Shown here: positions 40,848-49,865 of the stretch, in pieces
Numbering within the stretch: the first letter of the stretch is position 1
Layout: every line of letters begins with the position of its first letter
Virus record (IMG/VR): IMGVR_UViG_3300009537_000007
Coordinates: 1-64,000 of that record
Strand: one strand, 5' to 3'
Length of the DNA stretch: 64,000 nucleotides
Source: a virus
Program-made: the position numbers and the translations under genes
The notes under the pieces: model-generated
The model's input: the letters and a program-made list of their open reading frames with translations, nothing else
The model's database searches: none
What the model was told of the DNA's origin: nothing

Positions 40848-42604
40848 CTGTCGCCACCCTCAATCAGGTCCATACGCAACGTGCCGAAACGCCAGCTTGT
40901 TCCAGTGGCCGAGCTGGAAATCTTGACCGCCACCTGCCTGCCGGAAGCCCTGGTGTCCACGGTTGTCGTGCTGGACGTAACACTGCCGCCGGTTTCGGTG
41001 TTTTCCGTGTCGTGCGGGTAGAACCTGGTATAAAGCGTCAGGGTAATGGTCCCAACCAGGTCCTTGAAGTCGGGCAATAAGCTCATGATCTCGACAAGGT
41101 TATTGCCGTCGCCAAGCTCGAATGGGGAGCTTTTGATGAACTCGTTCATCGCCGATCCGTCAGCGTTCACGGTGCTTTCGTGTTTATAGATGTAATCATC
41201 GGTCCCGGCCATCAATGGATTGCCGATGATGTCCCGGTCGAGCATGGCGGTTCTTGCGATACTCCCGACATCCCACGCCCTGTCGTCATAATTAAACTTG
41301 ACATAGCGATCATTCTCGGTGCCGGTAGGGTAATGCCACCATATCTCGCTAAACGCGGTATTGAGGCCGCAATAGACCTTATCCTTCTGAATGGTCGTAA
41401 GGTTGTCGAAAACAAACCGACGAACATCCTTTGAATTCGGCATTCGGCGAACAACGCCGTCATAGAAGTAGAAATCGTTCAATCCCATCCAGAACACGAT
41501 GCCATCGACCTCGACAGCGGCGCTCGGAGAGACGATGCCGGATGCCCCGGCAGCAACCTGATTAAATCCGAACACATCATCACCGGCAATGAAGTTCATC
41601 GACCACACGGCGGCATCCGTGAAAATCAAATTGGTGCCGCGCGTCCTAATGCCGGTCAGGATTTCAGAACCGCCGGTTAGATTTCTGCCACCGGCAGTGT
41701 TGGTATCGGCGGGGGTCCAAACCGTGTTGTCGTCCTGGTCACACCATTCGACCTTCATCTTGTTGCCACCGGCACCAAGCGCAACCATGTGTTTTTCTTC
41801 GGTGACGAACATGCCGATGTTGCTGGTCGGGGCGTTTGAAATTATGACAGCGCGTGTATTGCTGTTCAACTGCCACTCATAGATGTTCCCATTGCGAGGA
41901 CAGGCCACCATGAACTGCCCCCACTGGTCAACCGACCAGGTTCGCGGAGGAATAACGATATACTCAGTCCTGGCAGTGCCGTAGGTGCCCTGCCCATACC
42001 CGCCAACACCGTAACCATAACCCTGCCCGGCGTCAGCGCCGCCGACAGCAATCTCGTATTCGATGGTTACGGAGCCGCCGCCAGAAGCCGTGCTGGAGGC
42101 CGCCGAAGAGTGTTCAATCCTGTAGGTGTCAGCGTCCACGACCGTCTTGACATCATAATTACCGTCAACCGTAATGCCGCCGACCGCGCTAGCGCCGCTT
42201 ATCTCCACAAAGTCTCCCACCAAAGCCGCATGAGCGGTATCAGTAACGGTAACGGTGGCGCTGCCGCTGGTTACTGAAAACGGGTCCGTAAGAGCGGAGG
42301 TGGCCCTGATCGGCGTGATGTTGGTGAAGGACTGCCCCTCAAGGGCATACAGCTTTTTGTGTGTCCCGACACCAATTCTAACAGCAGAATTATTATCCTG
42401 CCACGCCATCAGCCCCCGGCACTTGCCGTCAAAGGTGTTGGAAACATACTTCTCCCACCCACCGATCTTCTGCGGCAGCTTGTTGACAAACCTTATCCTG
42501 TCGGAATCTGTCCACCGAATACCGCCGCGCCGCCCGGAAACCGCACGCTCGGTGTCATCCTTCACCACTCCCGCAGCGAACGAAACGTCCTTAAGGAGCC
42601 CCAT
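40844..42604 (-). CDS. tail tubular protein B-like (586 aa)
   Basis: Assigned from size and position after the putative tubular A gene, following T7-like order. No motif verification. Confidence 0.4.
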   Translation of the reverse strand: MGLLKDVSFAAGVVKDDTERAVSGRRGGIRWTDSDRIRFVNKLPQKIGGWEKYVSNTFDGKCRGLMAWQDNNSAVRIGVGTHKKLYALEGQSFTNITPIRATSALTDPFSVTSGSATVTVTDTAHAALVGDFVEISGASAVGGITVDGNYDVKTVVDADTYRIEHSSAASSTASGGGSVTIEYEIAVGGADAGQGYGYGVGGYGQGTYGTARTEYIVIPPRTWSVDQWGQFMVACPRNGNIYEWQLNSNTRAVIISNAPTSNIGMFVTEEKHMVALGAGGNKMKVEWCDQDDNTVWTPADTNTAGGRNLTGGSEILTGIRTRGTNLIFTDAAVWSMNFIAGDDVFGFNQVAAGASGIVSPSAAVEVDGIVFWMGLNDFYFYDGVVRRMPNSKDVRRFVFDNLTTIQKDKVYCGLNTAFSEIWWHYPTGTENDRYVKFNYDDRAWDVGSIARTAMLDRDIIGNPLMAGTDDYIYKHESTVNADGSAMNEFIKSSPFELGDGNNLVEIMSLLPDFKDLVGTITLTLYTRFYPHDTENTETGGSVTSSTTTVDTRASGRQVAVKISSSATGTSWRFGTLRMDLIEGGDR

Positions 42605-42607
42605 AAA

Positions 42608-43282
42608 TCAGCCCCCTATAGAAACCGACAAGTTCCCCTCGCCGATAGACACCGCAAGGTCGGTCCCGGCGAGTTCAAGGTCGCTATCCTCGTTTGCCTT
42701 GCCTATTTCACTGGTGGCGATACCGAGCCAATAAACTTTTTCCCGCTCGTTCTTCGTCCACTCATAACCCTTGTAAAGAACCGTGGCCCGGAGAAGGGTG
42801 GGATAATCATCAGTAAGAAAGTTGGTTTCGTTGGTCGTGGCAGCCAGCGCAGCAAGCGCCTTGTAATACATGAACAGATACGGATAACCCTGGTCAGCCT
42901 TAACCTCGAACTGGATATTGCTGGCGTCTGCCGCCCAATACTGGGGTCTGCCAGTCGTGCGGTTGCCGCTTCCGTCGTAATTAAAATTACTGACCACAAA
43001 ATCGATGGTCTTTTTGGTGACATGGGCCTTAGATACCGATGAGCTTCCGGTGAACATGAACAGAACCGACCCCTTGTAACCGGTCGGCAGGGTAATAGTG
43101 TCAGCATCGGCAGCAAGTGTGCCGGTGGCGGTAGTAATCATCTGACGCACGCGCAAGCGCTGATAAATCCAGGACTGGGCCTCGGTCAGCAGAGTTGCAG
43201 ACGGAGCGCCGCTGTGGTTCAGCCACTCCTTGATCGAACCTTCTGTGGTCTTGGCTCCGGTTAAAACGGTGTAAGTTGACAT
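42608..43282 (-). CDS. tail tubular protein A / adaptor-like (224 aa)
   Basis: Assigned by synteny (first tail gene after the capsid block) and size only. Confidence 0.4.
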   Translation of the reverse strand: MSTYTVLTGAKTTEGSIKEWLNHSGAPSATLLTEAQSWIYQRLRVRQMITTATGTLAADADTITLPTGYKGSVLFMFTGSSSVSKAHVTKKTIDFVVSNFNYDGSGNRTTGRPQYWAADASNIQFEVKADQGYPYLFMYYKALAALAATTNETNFLTDDYPTLLRATVLYKGYEWTKNEREKVYWLGIATSEIGKANEDSDLELAGTDLAVSIGEGNLSVSIGG

Positions 43283-44886
43283 TATCTATCCAACACTTCC
43301 TTGATTGCCTGGAACACGGTATCCGGTTTTATGCTTGCCGCGCACAAAGCAGCGCCGGTTTCCTCGTCATGAGGACAAAACTCCCTCGTATAATGCAGCC
43401 GGTGACACGGATAACAGTCCACATCTGGCTCGATAACCGTTGTGTTGTGCCAATGCTTGGTTAAATTCTCTTGGGTCGAATGCGAAAGCATTACCACCTT
43501 GGGAACGTCCAGAAGCCCACCGGCATTCATAACCCCGGTTTCAGGACCAACCAGAACATCAGCATAGGGGACAAACGAAAGCGTATCCCTAATACTCCAA
43601 TTACCGGACTTGCAGATCAGCCGATTCGCCCCGAAATACTTCTTCAACTTGAAAAGCAGCACCGACAGCTTGGTTTCATTTGTCTCCTCGTATGGCGTGC
43701 CGAAAATACTCTGGATAACCGTCTGGGTTATCCCCATCTCCAGCATTCGGCACAACTTATCACCACAGAAAACGATTTTGACATTCGTTTCGGCCAGCAA
43801 TCTCAGAACCACCTGCTCGGTCCACGGCCAGGTCTTGTTGACACTGGACCCGGCGAGAGTCCACAAGATCACCGGGACATCTCCCATTTTCTTCCGATAG
43901 TCCCCCGCTGCCGCGTCCTCGATCTTGGAGGGGTGGAACACCGCATGATACTTCTGCGGCACATCAGCCAGCATGTGAGTAAATTCGAGGTAGTTCAGAT
44001 TCTTGGTGGCGTGCCGAGCCGCCTTGGTCATGGCGTGATCGCGCCTACCAGGAAGCGCCAAAAGCGTCCCCTCGACGCTTTCCGACAAGTTGATGATCTT
44101 GTCGTATTCGTCTCCGAGCGCCTTCCAGTAATCCCCCAGTTGCTCGTTAGGAACCTGATTGTCGCCCTGCGGGCAAAATTCATCGATATACGGGTTATGT
44201 TTAAGTATGTCCTGCCCCTTCGGGGTGCATTGAAAGACGATGTGGTATTTCTCCCTCAGATAAGGAAGAATACTGGACGCTTGTATCATGTCCCCGAATC
44301 CACCATATCGTATCACCAGACAGGTCGGCTTGGTGGGCTTCTTGCTGTAAGAATACTCGCGCTTCTTGCCCTTCAGCTTTTTGTAAACCTGGAAAAACGA
44401 ATACTCGTCACGCTCGTTCCTGTCTTCGTTTTCAACCAGGTCCCAAGAGCCGACCCGCTCCATCACCCTGACGATATCCTCGGGCAGGAAATCGTGCTTG
44501 TGTTCCGGGTTATGTCCCGGCTCCCCGATATTCGGATAAAACCCCTTATGCGGCAGGTAAAGAACCAGATACCCGCCGGGCTTAATGACACGCCACCACT
44601 CCCTCAAAGTAGCCTCAGTATCCTCGACATGCTCAAGAAAGTGTGACGAATAAACAAAATCCATAGACCCTGCGGCGAATATGTCCAACAGGGTTCCATC
44701 CATTTTGATGTCGGGCGACCAATCCAGGTTCACCCATTCTTCTTTAGCGTCAATGGATATGAAGTGCGGCCATGCCTTCCATGGGCCACACCCGATGTCC
44801 AGCCCCTTGCCGCTCGTATAGGGAACGATCTTGTGCCTGATCTTCCCACTCTCATTGCCTTCCGGCGACCCTGCGATCCAGGTCAT
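43282..44886 (-). CDS. fusion: class I SAM methyltransferase + GT9 (heptosyltransferase-like) glycosyltransferase
   Basis: GLDIGCGPW, FVYSSHFLEH and IKPGGYLVLYLP in the N-terminal part. LVIRYGGFGDMIQASSILPYLREKY and LVGPETGVMNAGGLLDVP (GT9-like) in the C-terminal part. Start at an ATGA overlap. Confidence 0.65.
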   Translation of the reverse strand: MTWIAGSPEGNESGKIRHKIVPYTSGKGLDIGCGPWKAWPHFISIDAKEEWVNLDWSPDIKMDGTLLDIFAAGSMDFVYSSHFLEHVEDTEATLREWWRVIKPGGYLVLYLPHKGFYPNIGEPGHNPEHKHDFLPEDIVRVMERVGSWDLVENEDRNERDEYSFFQVYKKLKGKKREYSYSKKPTKPTCLVIRYGGFGDMIQASSILPYLREKYHIVFQCTPKGQDILKHNPYIDEFCPQGDNQVPNEQLGDYWKALGDEYDKIINLSESVEGTLLALPGRRDHAMTKAARHATKNLNYLEFTHMLADVPQKYHAVFHPSKIEDAAAGDYRKKMGDVPVILWTLAGSSVNKTWPWTEQVVLRLLAETNVKIVFCGDKLCRMLEMGITQTVIQSIFGTPYEETNETKLSVLLFKLKKYFGANRLICKSGNWSIRDTLSFVPYADVLVGPETGVMNAGGLLDVPKVVMLSHSTQENLTKHWHNTTVIEPDVDCYPCHRLHYTREFCPHDEETGAALCAASIKPDTVFQAIKEVLDR

Positions 44887-45116
44887 ACCGGCATCACCCC
44901 CACCCGACCAACATAGCACTTTGTCAAGTCATGCTCCCCCATAACTCGGTTCTTCGCCCCCCACCGATCAATGATATCCCTAACCGCCTGTTCGTCTCTC
45001 CACATCTGAGCCGTTTCCAGTGGCCCAAAACCATCATTGTAGGTTTTGCTCCATGTGCCCAGGTGCCTACCGTAATACTGTCCATTGAGAACAAGAACAT
45101 AAAGTGGCTTACTCAT
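44883..45116 (-). CDS. hypothetical protein (77 aa)
   Basis: ATGA-coupled on both sides, between the two glycosyltransferase genes. Confidence 0.5.
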   Translation of the reverse strand: MSKPLYVLVLNGQYYGRHLGTWSKTYNDGFGPLETAQMWRDEQAVRDIIDRWGAKNRVMGEHDLTKCYVGRVGVMPV

Positions 45117-46042
45117 ACCGGCAGCCCCATCGGGGAAATCTTGTTCATCGAAAGCGTCAATCGCTTCGTCGCCCATCCCGTCGTCTGTGCAAGAATCTTG
45201 GTATAGAGATACGGCAGTATCTCATCATTCATATCGGCCCTGTCCGGGTTGTTCTCTGCGAACCTTTCTGCCGTCTTCATCATTAGAATGTGGTTCGCGC
45301 ACAACTGATACATGGTAAGCTCCTGAAGCCGGGCGACCTCAGAATCCTCGCGCGCCGTCCTTATCCGCCCCTCCAAACCGGTATTGTTCTCGTCCGGGCG
45401 GCGAACATAAATATGAAGCGGCTCATGAATATAATACATGCTCCGCTTCAGCGTGGCACAAAACGGGACATAAACATCCACCAATGCGTGGTATGGCAAC
45501 GGCCCGAATTCCTCCATCAGCGCAGGATTCCAGGCGTTGGACGTTGAGCCGCCGACCATCTCGTTGATGCACTCGACGGTGCCGACAAATCTGCTTTCGT
45601 GTGGATACCCGGTCACTGAATCAGCCATGCCATTCTCAACCAACTCGTCGTGATTGGCAAAGTTCTGACAGGTCGCCACATAAAGCGGATTATGCTCACG
45701 AACGATATCCATCACTCGCCGGGCCCGCATGGGATAGGCCAGATCGTCCCCGGCCATCGTTATCCAGTAATCAAAATCCAGCCGGTCGTGGAGCCAGTTT
45801 ATGTGGTCCAGGAGTCCGGGCATGCCGCGATGCTCCGTCTTTGGGCACTGGAGCAGTAAAATCTTGTTTGGACCGTTATATTTCGCCGTCTCTGCCTTAA
45901 TGATGTCGAAGGTGTCGTCTTCCGACATCTGATCGCTGAACACCAGCGTCATTGGCGAATAATCCTGCGCCAGGACGGTCCTGACACATTCGGCGACGTA
46001 AGGAGCCTTATTCCTTACAAAAACGACGAACGCCACCCGCAT
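45113..46042 (-). CDS. family 2 glycosyltransferase
   Basis: VVFVRNKAPYVAECVRTVLAQDY...LVFSDQMSEDDT...MAGDDL (GT-A fold, DxD). Confidence 0.7.
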   Translation of the reverse strand: MRVAFVVFVRNKAPYVAECVRTVLAQDYSPMTLVFSDQMSEDDTFDIIKAETAKYNGPNKILLLQCPKTEHRGMPGLLDHINWLHDRLDFDYWITMAGDDLAYPMRARRVMDIVREHNPLYVATCQNFANHDELVENGMADSVTGYPHESRFVGTVECINEMVGGSTSNAWNPALMEEFGPLPYHALVDVYVPFCATLKRSMYYIHEPLHIYVRRPDENNTGLEGRIRTAREDSEVARLQELTMYQLCANHILMMKTAERFAENNPDRADMNDEILPYLYTKILAQTTGWATKRLTLSMNKISPMGLPV

Positions 46043-46043
46043 C

Positions 46044-46226
46044 CTACCCCCCCCGGATGGCGTCAGCTAATTTGTCCGATTCCTTTTTGGTTTTTTGGGC
46101 AGGCTCTTTCTCGGCCACCACCTCGTTGCCCTGATGGTCAAACGGAATGCCGTCCTGCTCGTATTTAATGCCGCCGTTATCGCCGATGAACTCGGCATAG
46201 GGCTTCTTGAGATTGAGTTTCTTCAT
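46044..46226 (-). CDS. hypothetical protein (60 aa)
   Basis: GAGGAG upstream; follows a hairpin. Confidence 0.5.
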   Translation of the reverse strand: MKKLNLKKPYAEFIGDNGGIKYEQDGIPFDHQGNEVVAEKEPAQKTKKESDKLADAIRGG

Positions 46227-46252
46227 GGTTCTCTCCTCACAAAAGAAAGGTG

Positions 46253-46272
46253 GCCCGGGGTTTCCCCCGAGC
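46253..46272 (-). terminator. possible attenuating hairpin CGGGG-GAAA-CCCCG
   Basis: GNRA-capped 5-bp stem followed within 8 nt by UUUCUUUUGU. Confidence 0.3.
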
Positions 46273-46280
46273 CATCAGGT

Positions 46281-46445
46281 TTATTTGAAGTTGAAGCTGT
46301 TGCCCCGATGCTTGACGGACGTATCGCCCTTCATGCCGCCATCCCCCTTTTGACCCATGAGATGGGTCTGCGGGCCTTTCGGCGCGGAGTTCAACTCCTT
46401 CTTCTTGTTCGGATTACGCCCCGAGGGCGCTTTCGTATCGGTCAT
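46281..46445 (-). CDS. tiny Lys/Gly-rich protein (54 aa)
   Basis: AAAGGAG upstream. Below the ORF-track cutoff. Confidence 0.45.
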   Translation of the reverse strand: MTDTKAPSGRNPNKKKELNSAPKGPQTHLMGQKGDGGMKGDTSVKHRGNSFNFK

Positions 46446-46447
46446 CA

Positions 46448-46573
46448 CTAGGCTCCTTTCTTGTAGCCACGCTTCAGGTCTTTTTCACTCGAACCCTTCA
46501 GCGATTTGTCGATTGGGTATCCGGGTTTCGTGGGGGCCTGAGAATAGCCCTCACCCGACTTGTTGTGTTTCAT
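46448..46573 (-). CDS. tiny Lys/Gly-rich protein (41 aa)
   Basis: GAGAGGA upstream. Its stop is 2 nt before the next start. Shares an S-x-KDL-x-RGY motif with 46576. Confidence 0.4.
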   Translation of the reverse strand: MKHNKSGEGYSQAPTKPGYPIDKSLKGSSEKDLKRGYKKGA

Positions 46574-46575
46574 AG

Positions 46576-46785
46576 CTAGTTCCTCTCTACGTCACACTTG
46601 TAACGAGGACGGCTAAGAAAACCCGGCTCGTCGGCTTCAACGAGGTCCACGCCTGAAAAAGCAGGTTTGGTCTGCCCTTCAGGCGCGGCATTGAAATACC
46701 CGCGAGACAGGTCGCCATCCTCAAGGTCCTTGAGAGACGAGCCGAACTTGGTGCCCCCCAAGGTTTTCTTGGTGTCAGAGTTCAT
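46576..46785 (-). CDS. small hypothetical protein (69 aa)
   Basis: ORF-track ORF containing SSLKDLEDGDLSRGYF. Confidence 0.5.
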   Translation of the reverse strand: MNSDTKKTLGGTKFGSSLKDLEDGDLSRGYFNAAPEGQTKPAFSGVDLVEADEPGFLSRPRYKCDVERN

Positions 46786-46799
46786 GAGAAACTCCTGAG

Positions 46800-47174
46800 T
46801 TAGGATTGCGTTGCGTCAGGAAGGACCTCGTATTCGATGACACAATTGGCAACCGCAGTCGCGTCCGTGCCTTTTACGAGCTTGACTTCCGTAAGAGCAG
46901 CAAGTGAGGTCGTGAAGGTTACACTGGAACTTACACCAGAAGCAACCGTGCCCATATCCAGAACGCCAACCGAAGTGGTGCCGATCTGAATTTCGATCTT
47001 GTTGCCAGCCGCACCGGTAGAGGTGCCAGCCACGGACATGGACGCATGGACACCCTTGAGCCTCATCTTTTGAAACGAAGCGAACCTCAGGGCAGACGAC
47101 AGGGTTGCGGGCATCGTTACCGAATGCTCACGCCGAACCGTATAGTTCGGATGGTCGTATTGATGAATAGGCAT
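46800..47174 (-). CDS. beta-rich head-associated protein candidate (124 aa)
   Basis: First ORF after the capsid terminator hairpins; S/T/V/G-rich. Confidence 0.5.
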   Translation of the reverse strand: MPIHQYDHPNYTVRREHSVTMPATLSSALRFASFQKMRLKGVHASMSVAGTSTGAAGNKIEIQIGTTSVGVLDMGTVASGVSSSVTFTTSLAALTEVKLVKGTDATAVANCVIEYEVLPDATQS

Positions 47175-47300
47175 ACCTATTACTCCGCTCTCGCAGCCTC
47201 CTTACGAGAACAAAATGGAGAGAGAAAGGCGAGGAAGGCCGCCTTTTCCCGCAGTCTCCTTGCGGGGGAATTAAGACCTTTCCGGGAGGAAGACCCGTAA

Positions 47301-47329
47301 GGTGGGTGGGAAAACTTTTCCCACCCACC
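47301..47329 (-). terminator. strong hairpin after the capsid gene (GGUGGGUGGGAAAA-C-UUUUCCCACCCACC)
   Basis: 14-bp perfect stem 14 nt after the exon 3 stop. Two further hairpins follow (CCCGCA/UGCGGG, AAGGCG/CGCCUU plus a U-rich run). Confidence 0.55.
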
Positions 47330-47342
47330 TCAGGAAGAAGTC

Positions 47343-47462
47343 TTAAGCCGCGCTATCCCATTTGACCACGCGAGCTTGTGCGGCAGCCGTCTGCGTCAGG
47401 CCGTAGCCCAGCAACGAATACCACGCGATACCCTTGGAACGTCCGTAATCGGACGGGATTTT
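47343..47462 (-). CDS. major capsid protein, exon 3 of 3 (39 aa)
   Basis: Open frame KIPSDYGRSKGIAWYSLLGYGLTQTAAAQARVVKWDSAA-stop begins 8 nt after the HNH stop. DYGRSKG-AWY is a capsid C-terminal motif I recall from HK97-fold families. It joins in frame to ...EEMRG. Confidence 0.65.
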   Translation of the reverse strand, partial: KIPSDYGRSKGIAWYSLLGYGLTQTAAAQARVVKWDSAA

Positions 47463-48261
47463 CACTAGGTTCACACAGCTTCGTTAGAGCCGTGCCGTGC
47501 AGCATACTTACCATGACGGTGATTACCGTGCTGGGAACGAATTTTGCCCTTGGCCGTCGTGCGGCGGCTTCCACGAACTATCCTGCTTACCTGAGCCTCA
47601 GAAATATCAAACCTTTCTGCGATCTCATATTGCCGAACACCTTTATCGGCAAGACAGCGGATTTTCAAAACGGCAGTATCATTAACCTTTGACTGACCGT
47701 TTTTCGTGCCGTTACATGCCCTACCCTTTTCCGCCATATCACGCATATTATCTGCCTGCGTCCCGAGAAATAAATGATCCGGGTTTACACAAAGCGGATT
47801 ATCGCAAGTATGACAAACGCTCATTGACCTCTTACCGCTGGGTTCGTTTGGGATGGAACCCTTAGACAAAACATAAGAAAGACGATGAGCATAGACTGGA
47901 ATGCGCCCCAACGGGGTTTCCAGCCAGAGAAGGCCATAACCATGGCTGGTGCCTTCGCACCATTCCCAACAACCATTTTCAAGGACTTTCCATCGGCCCT
48001 TAAAAAATTGCTGCACTGCTGCACGTTTCCGTGCAGATCGGACTATATCATCACCCCACCGGGGCGTCTGGCGCTTGGGGCTCACTTGAGCCCTACTCCC
48101 TCTCGGGATAGTCTCTGGACCGTCCTCTTTCGAGGCTTGGCTGCGGATTACCATGACCTGATATCCTTCTATGCAAGAAGGTAATTTACCAGACTTTAGG
48201 CTTCCCGTCAATTCACCAGATTATTGCCTGCGTATTACTACGCAGCGAGGCGTAAATCTTC
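47463..48261 (-). mobile_element. group I-like intron 2 (799 nt) carrying an HNH endonuclease ORF
   Basis: 5' exon ends in U and the intron ends in G. P1: exon GGGGU with GCCUC (intron nt 11-15). P10: GAUUU (nt 4-8) with exon 3 AAAUC. GNRA-capped hairpins at 48228-48245, 48124-48135, 48097-48108 and 48019-48036. Confidence 0.6.
47471..48211 (-). CDS. HNH (HNH_3-type) homing endonuclease with C-terminal HTH
   Basis: GCWEWCEGTSHGYGLLW...YAHRLSY...CHTCDNPLCVNPDHLFLGTQADNMRD plus GVRQYEIAERFDISEAQVSRIV. The true start is probably internal (ATG 48154 or GTG 48016), because the 5' part overlaps ribozyme-like hairpins. Confidence 0.75.
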   Translation of the reverse strand: MTGSLKSGKLPSCIEGYQVMVIRSQASKEDGPETIPRGSRAQVSPKRQTPRWGDDIVRSARKRAAVQQFFKGRWKVLENGCWEWCEGTSHGYGLLWLETPLGRIPVYAHRLSYVLSKGSIPNEPSGKRSMSVCHTCDNPLCVNPDHLFLGTQADNMRDMAEKGRACNGTKNGQSKVNDTAVLKIRCLADKGVRQYEIAERFDISEAQVSRIVRGSRRTTAKGKIRSQHGNHRHGKYAARHGSNEAV

Positions 48262-49116
48262 ACCCCTCATTTCCTCAGGGATCACGATGCCTTCCGCAAC
48301 GGTGTCTTCGCCGAAGAAGAAACACCAGTCGGATTTAGCACCATTCCAGGCATCGGCAGTGCCGGTGCTGGCATTCCAAGTAGTCGAGTCAGCCGCGCCA
48401 CCCTTGGGGATGAACGTCTGTTCGACAAACCGGACGTTCTCGTAACGCCCGACTTCACCGTTATGAATGAGCGTAAAGCCCTTCTCGGTGTATTGGTGGA
48501 TGGACTCCAGATCGTTTTTCAGAGTCCGGTAGGTGGAAGGCCACCCCAATGCAACGTAGTCGTCACCGACGTAGGGCGGAATGTTGCGCTCCTTCATGGT
48601 GTCAACGACGAGTTTGACATGCTCCTTCTGCAGGGCGATGTTGTTGGTCGCCGTAGCAGTGCCGTCCGTGGTGAGAGTCAGGGACGCAGTGGAGGTTCCG
48701 GCGGAAGCCGGGACAACGCGAAGCGGAGTCGTGTTGAACTGCGCGTGTGCGTCGATGTCAAACGCCTTGGTGGCGTCGTTCTTGAGAACCTTGTGAATGA
48801 TCTCGCGGATCGGCTGTTCACTCAGATCGTCAAGTTTGCCGGTATATGGAACCGAATTACCATACTCAGTCACGGTCAGCGTGCCTTGCGTGATCGTGAA
48901 CTGCGTTTCCGGCATGGTGGAGGTTTCCGTCAGGGTTCCACCCTGGTTGGAAACATCCGAATACACATTCCAATGGAACGTGTCGCCCTTACCGAGCATA
49001 TTACCTTCGGGGTTTCGAGCTTTCGTCGCGTCTTTTGCATCGCAAAATTGGCGAAACTTACACATGGGCTGAACAGCCATGCGAAGCTCCCGACTCAACT
49101 TATCGGAATACATGAA
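48262..49116 (-). CDS. major capsid protein, exon 2 of 3 (285 aa; HK97-fold type)
   Basis: FMYSDKLSRELRMAVQPMCKFRQFCD...GKGDTFHWNVYSDV... is a typical capsid sequence. Follows the scaffold gene. The ORF-track version (48238..49113) adds a 7-aa tail read from intron sequence. Confidence 0.75.
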
Positions 49117-49865
49117 CGTCCTGTTACTTTCAGCTAAAGAAGGAATCTAGCCTACTAACCAGTGATTACTGGCGAGACGACATTTCTGCCGCCTTCTTGT
49201 GCTCTCACACAAGACCGGACTATATCTTAACCCTTCATGGAAAGGGTTTCTGGCGTGTAGTCTCTGGGGATTCTATCAAGCAGTTCTTTCGGAACCGGCC
49301 TGTTACGCTCACTGGTTTTATACAGTTCGTATAACAAACACCAATCCTCGGTATCGTAGTTACTCTTGCGCCGGTCATGTGAACCGTTTTTCTTTTTTTG
49401 CAAGAGCCGCAGAACAAGATAAACACGATGCTTCTTCTCGCCAGCAAGGTGTGGATAAATAGCTTCAAGAATTATCCGCATGTATTCCTGCCGGTGAACC
49501 CGAATGGTTAAATAAGATTTCTCTTTTTTCAACCAGGTCGTGCCGCTCTTTTTCTCAACCTCGCGGTTGCTCTCGGTGATATATGGCTCTACACCGAGCT
49601 TGCTCATGACGGACATTGCTTTCCTGATAATACCGCCATCGGTATTGTGCCACTGCACGGCGAGGTCCATACCAACATACCCCTTGTGCTTTTTACGCAC
49701 GGAATATGATATGGAGCCGTCAGCATCAAGAAAACCTGCCAACCATCCTACTTCTGCTTCTGTAATAGTTTCCTGCATATTGCCCAATTCCTCGGATTTT
49801 TGCTAAGTAGCACCTTGGACTCTAAGGGTGTTCACGCATATAGCCAGATTTCAGGTAGCCTTTCA
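49117..49865 (-). mobile_element. group I-like intron 1 (749 nt) carrying a LAGLIDADG endonuclease ORF
   Basis: 5' exon ends in U (GGU) and the intron ends in G (..GGACG). P1: exon GGGUGGU with GCUACCU (intron nt 7-13). P10: UGAA (nt 1-4) with exon 2 UUCA. In-frame UGA at intron nt 1-3. Confidence 0.55.
49227..49787 (-). CDS. LAGLIDADG homing endonuclease
   Basis: VGWLAGFLDADGSISYSV motif; K/R-rich 186-aa ORF. Confidence 0.75.
   Translation of the reverse strand: MGNMQETITEAEVGWLAGFLDADGSISYSVRKKHKGYVGMDLAVQWHNTDGGIIRKAMSVMSKLGVEPYITESNREVEKKSGTTWLKKEKSYLTIRVHRQEYMRIILEAIYPHLAGEKKHRVYLVLRLLQKKKNGSHDRRKSNYDTEDWCLLYELYKTSERNRPVPKELLDRIPRDYTPETLSMKG

Noticed and set aside
43471-44646. 391-aa plus-strand ORF
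   Set aside because: Antisense to the methyltransferase-GT9 gene, which has recognisable motifs. Composition is typical of a reverse-frame artefact.
48017-48211. First ~65 codons of the HNH ORF (TTG start in the ORF track) as coding sequence
   Set aside because: The region is a chain of GNRA-capped hairpins and lies upstream of the usual HNH_3 N-terminus (..FFKGRWKVLENGCWEW). More likely ribozyme structure that happens to be open.
48238-48261. The ...EDLRLAA-stop tail of the capsid ORF as its natural C-terminus
   Set aside because: These 7 codons coincide with the P1 loop / internal guide sequence of the proposed intron. A far more capsid-like C-terminus is found in frame after the HNH ORF.
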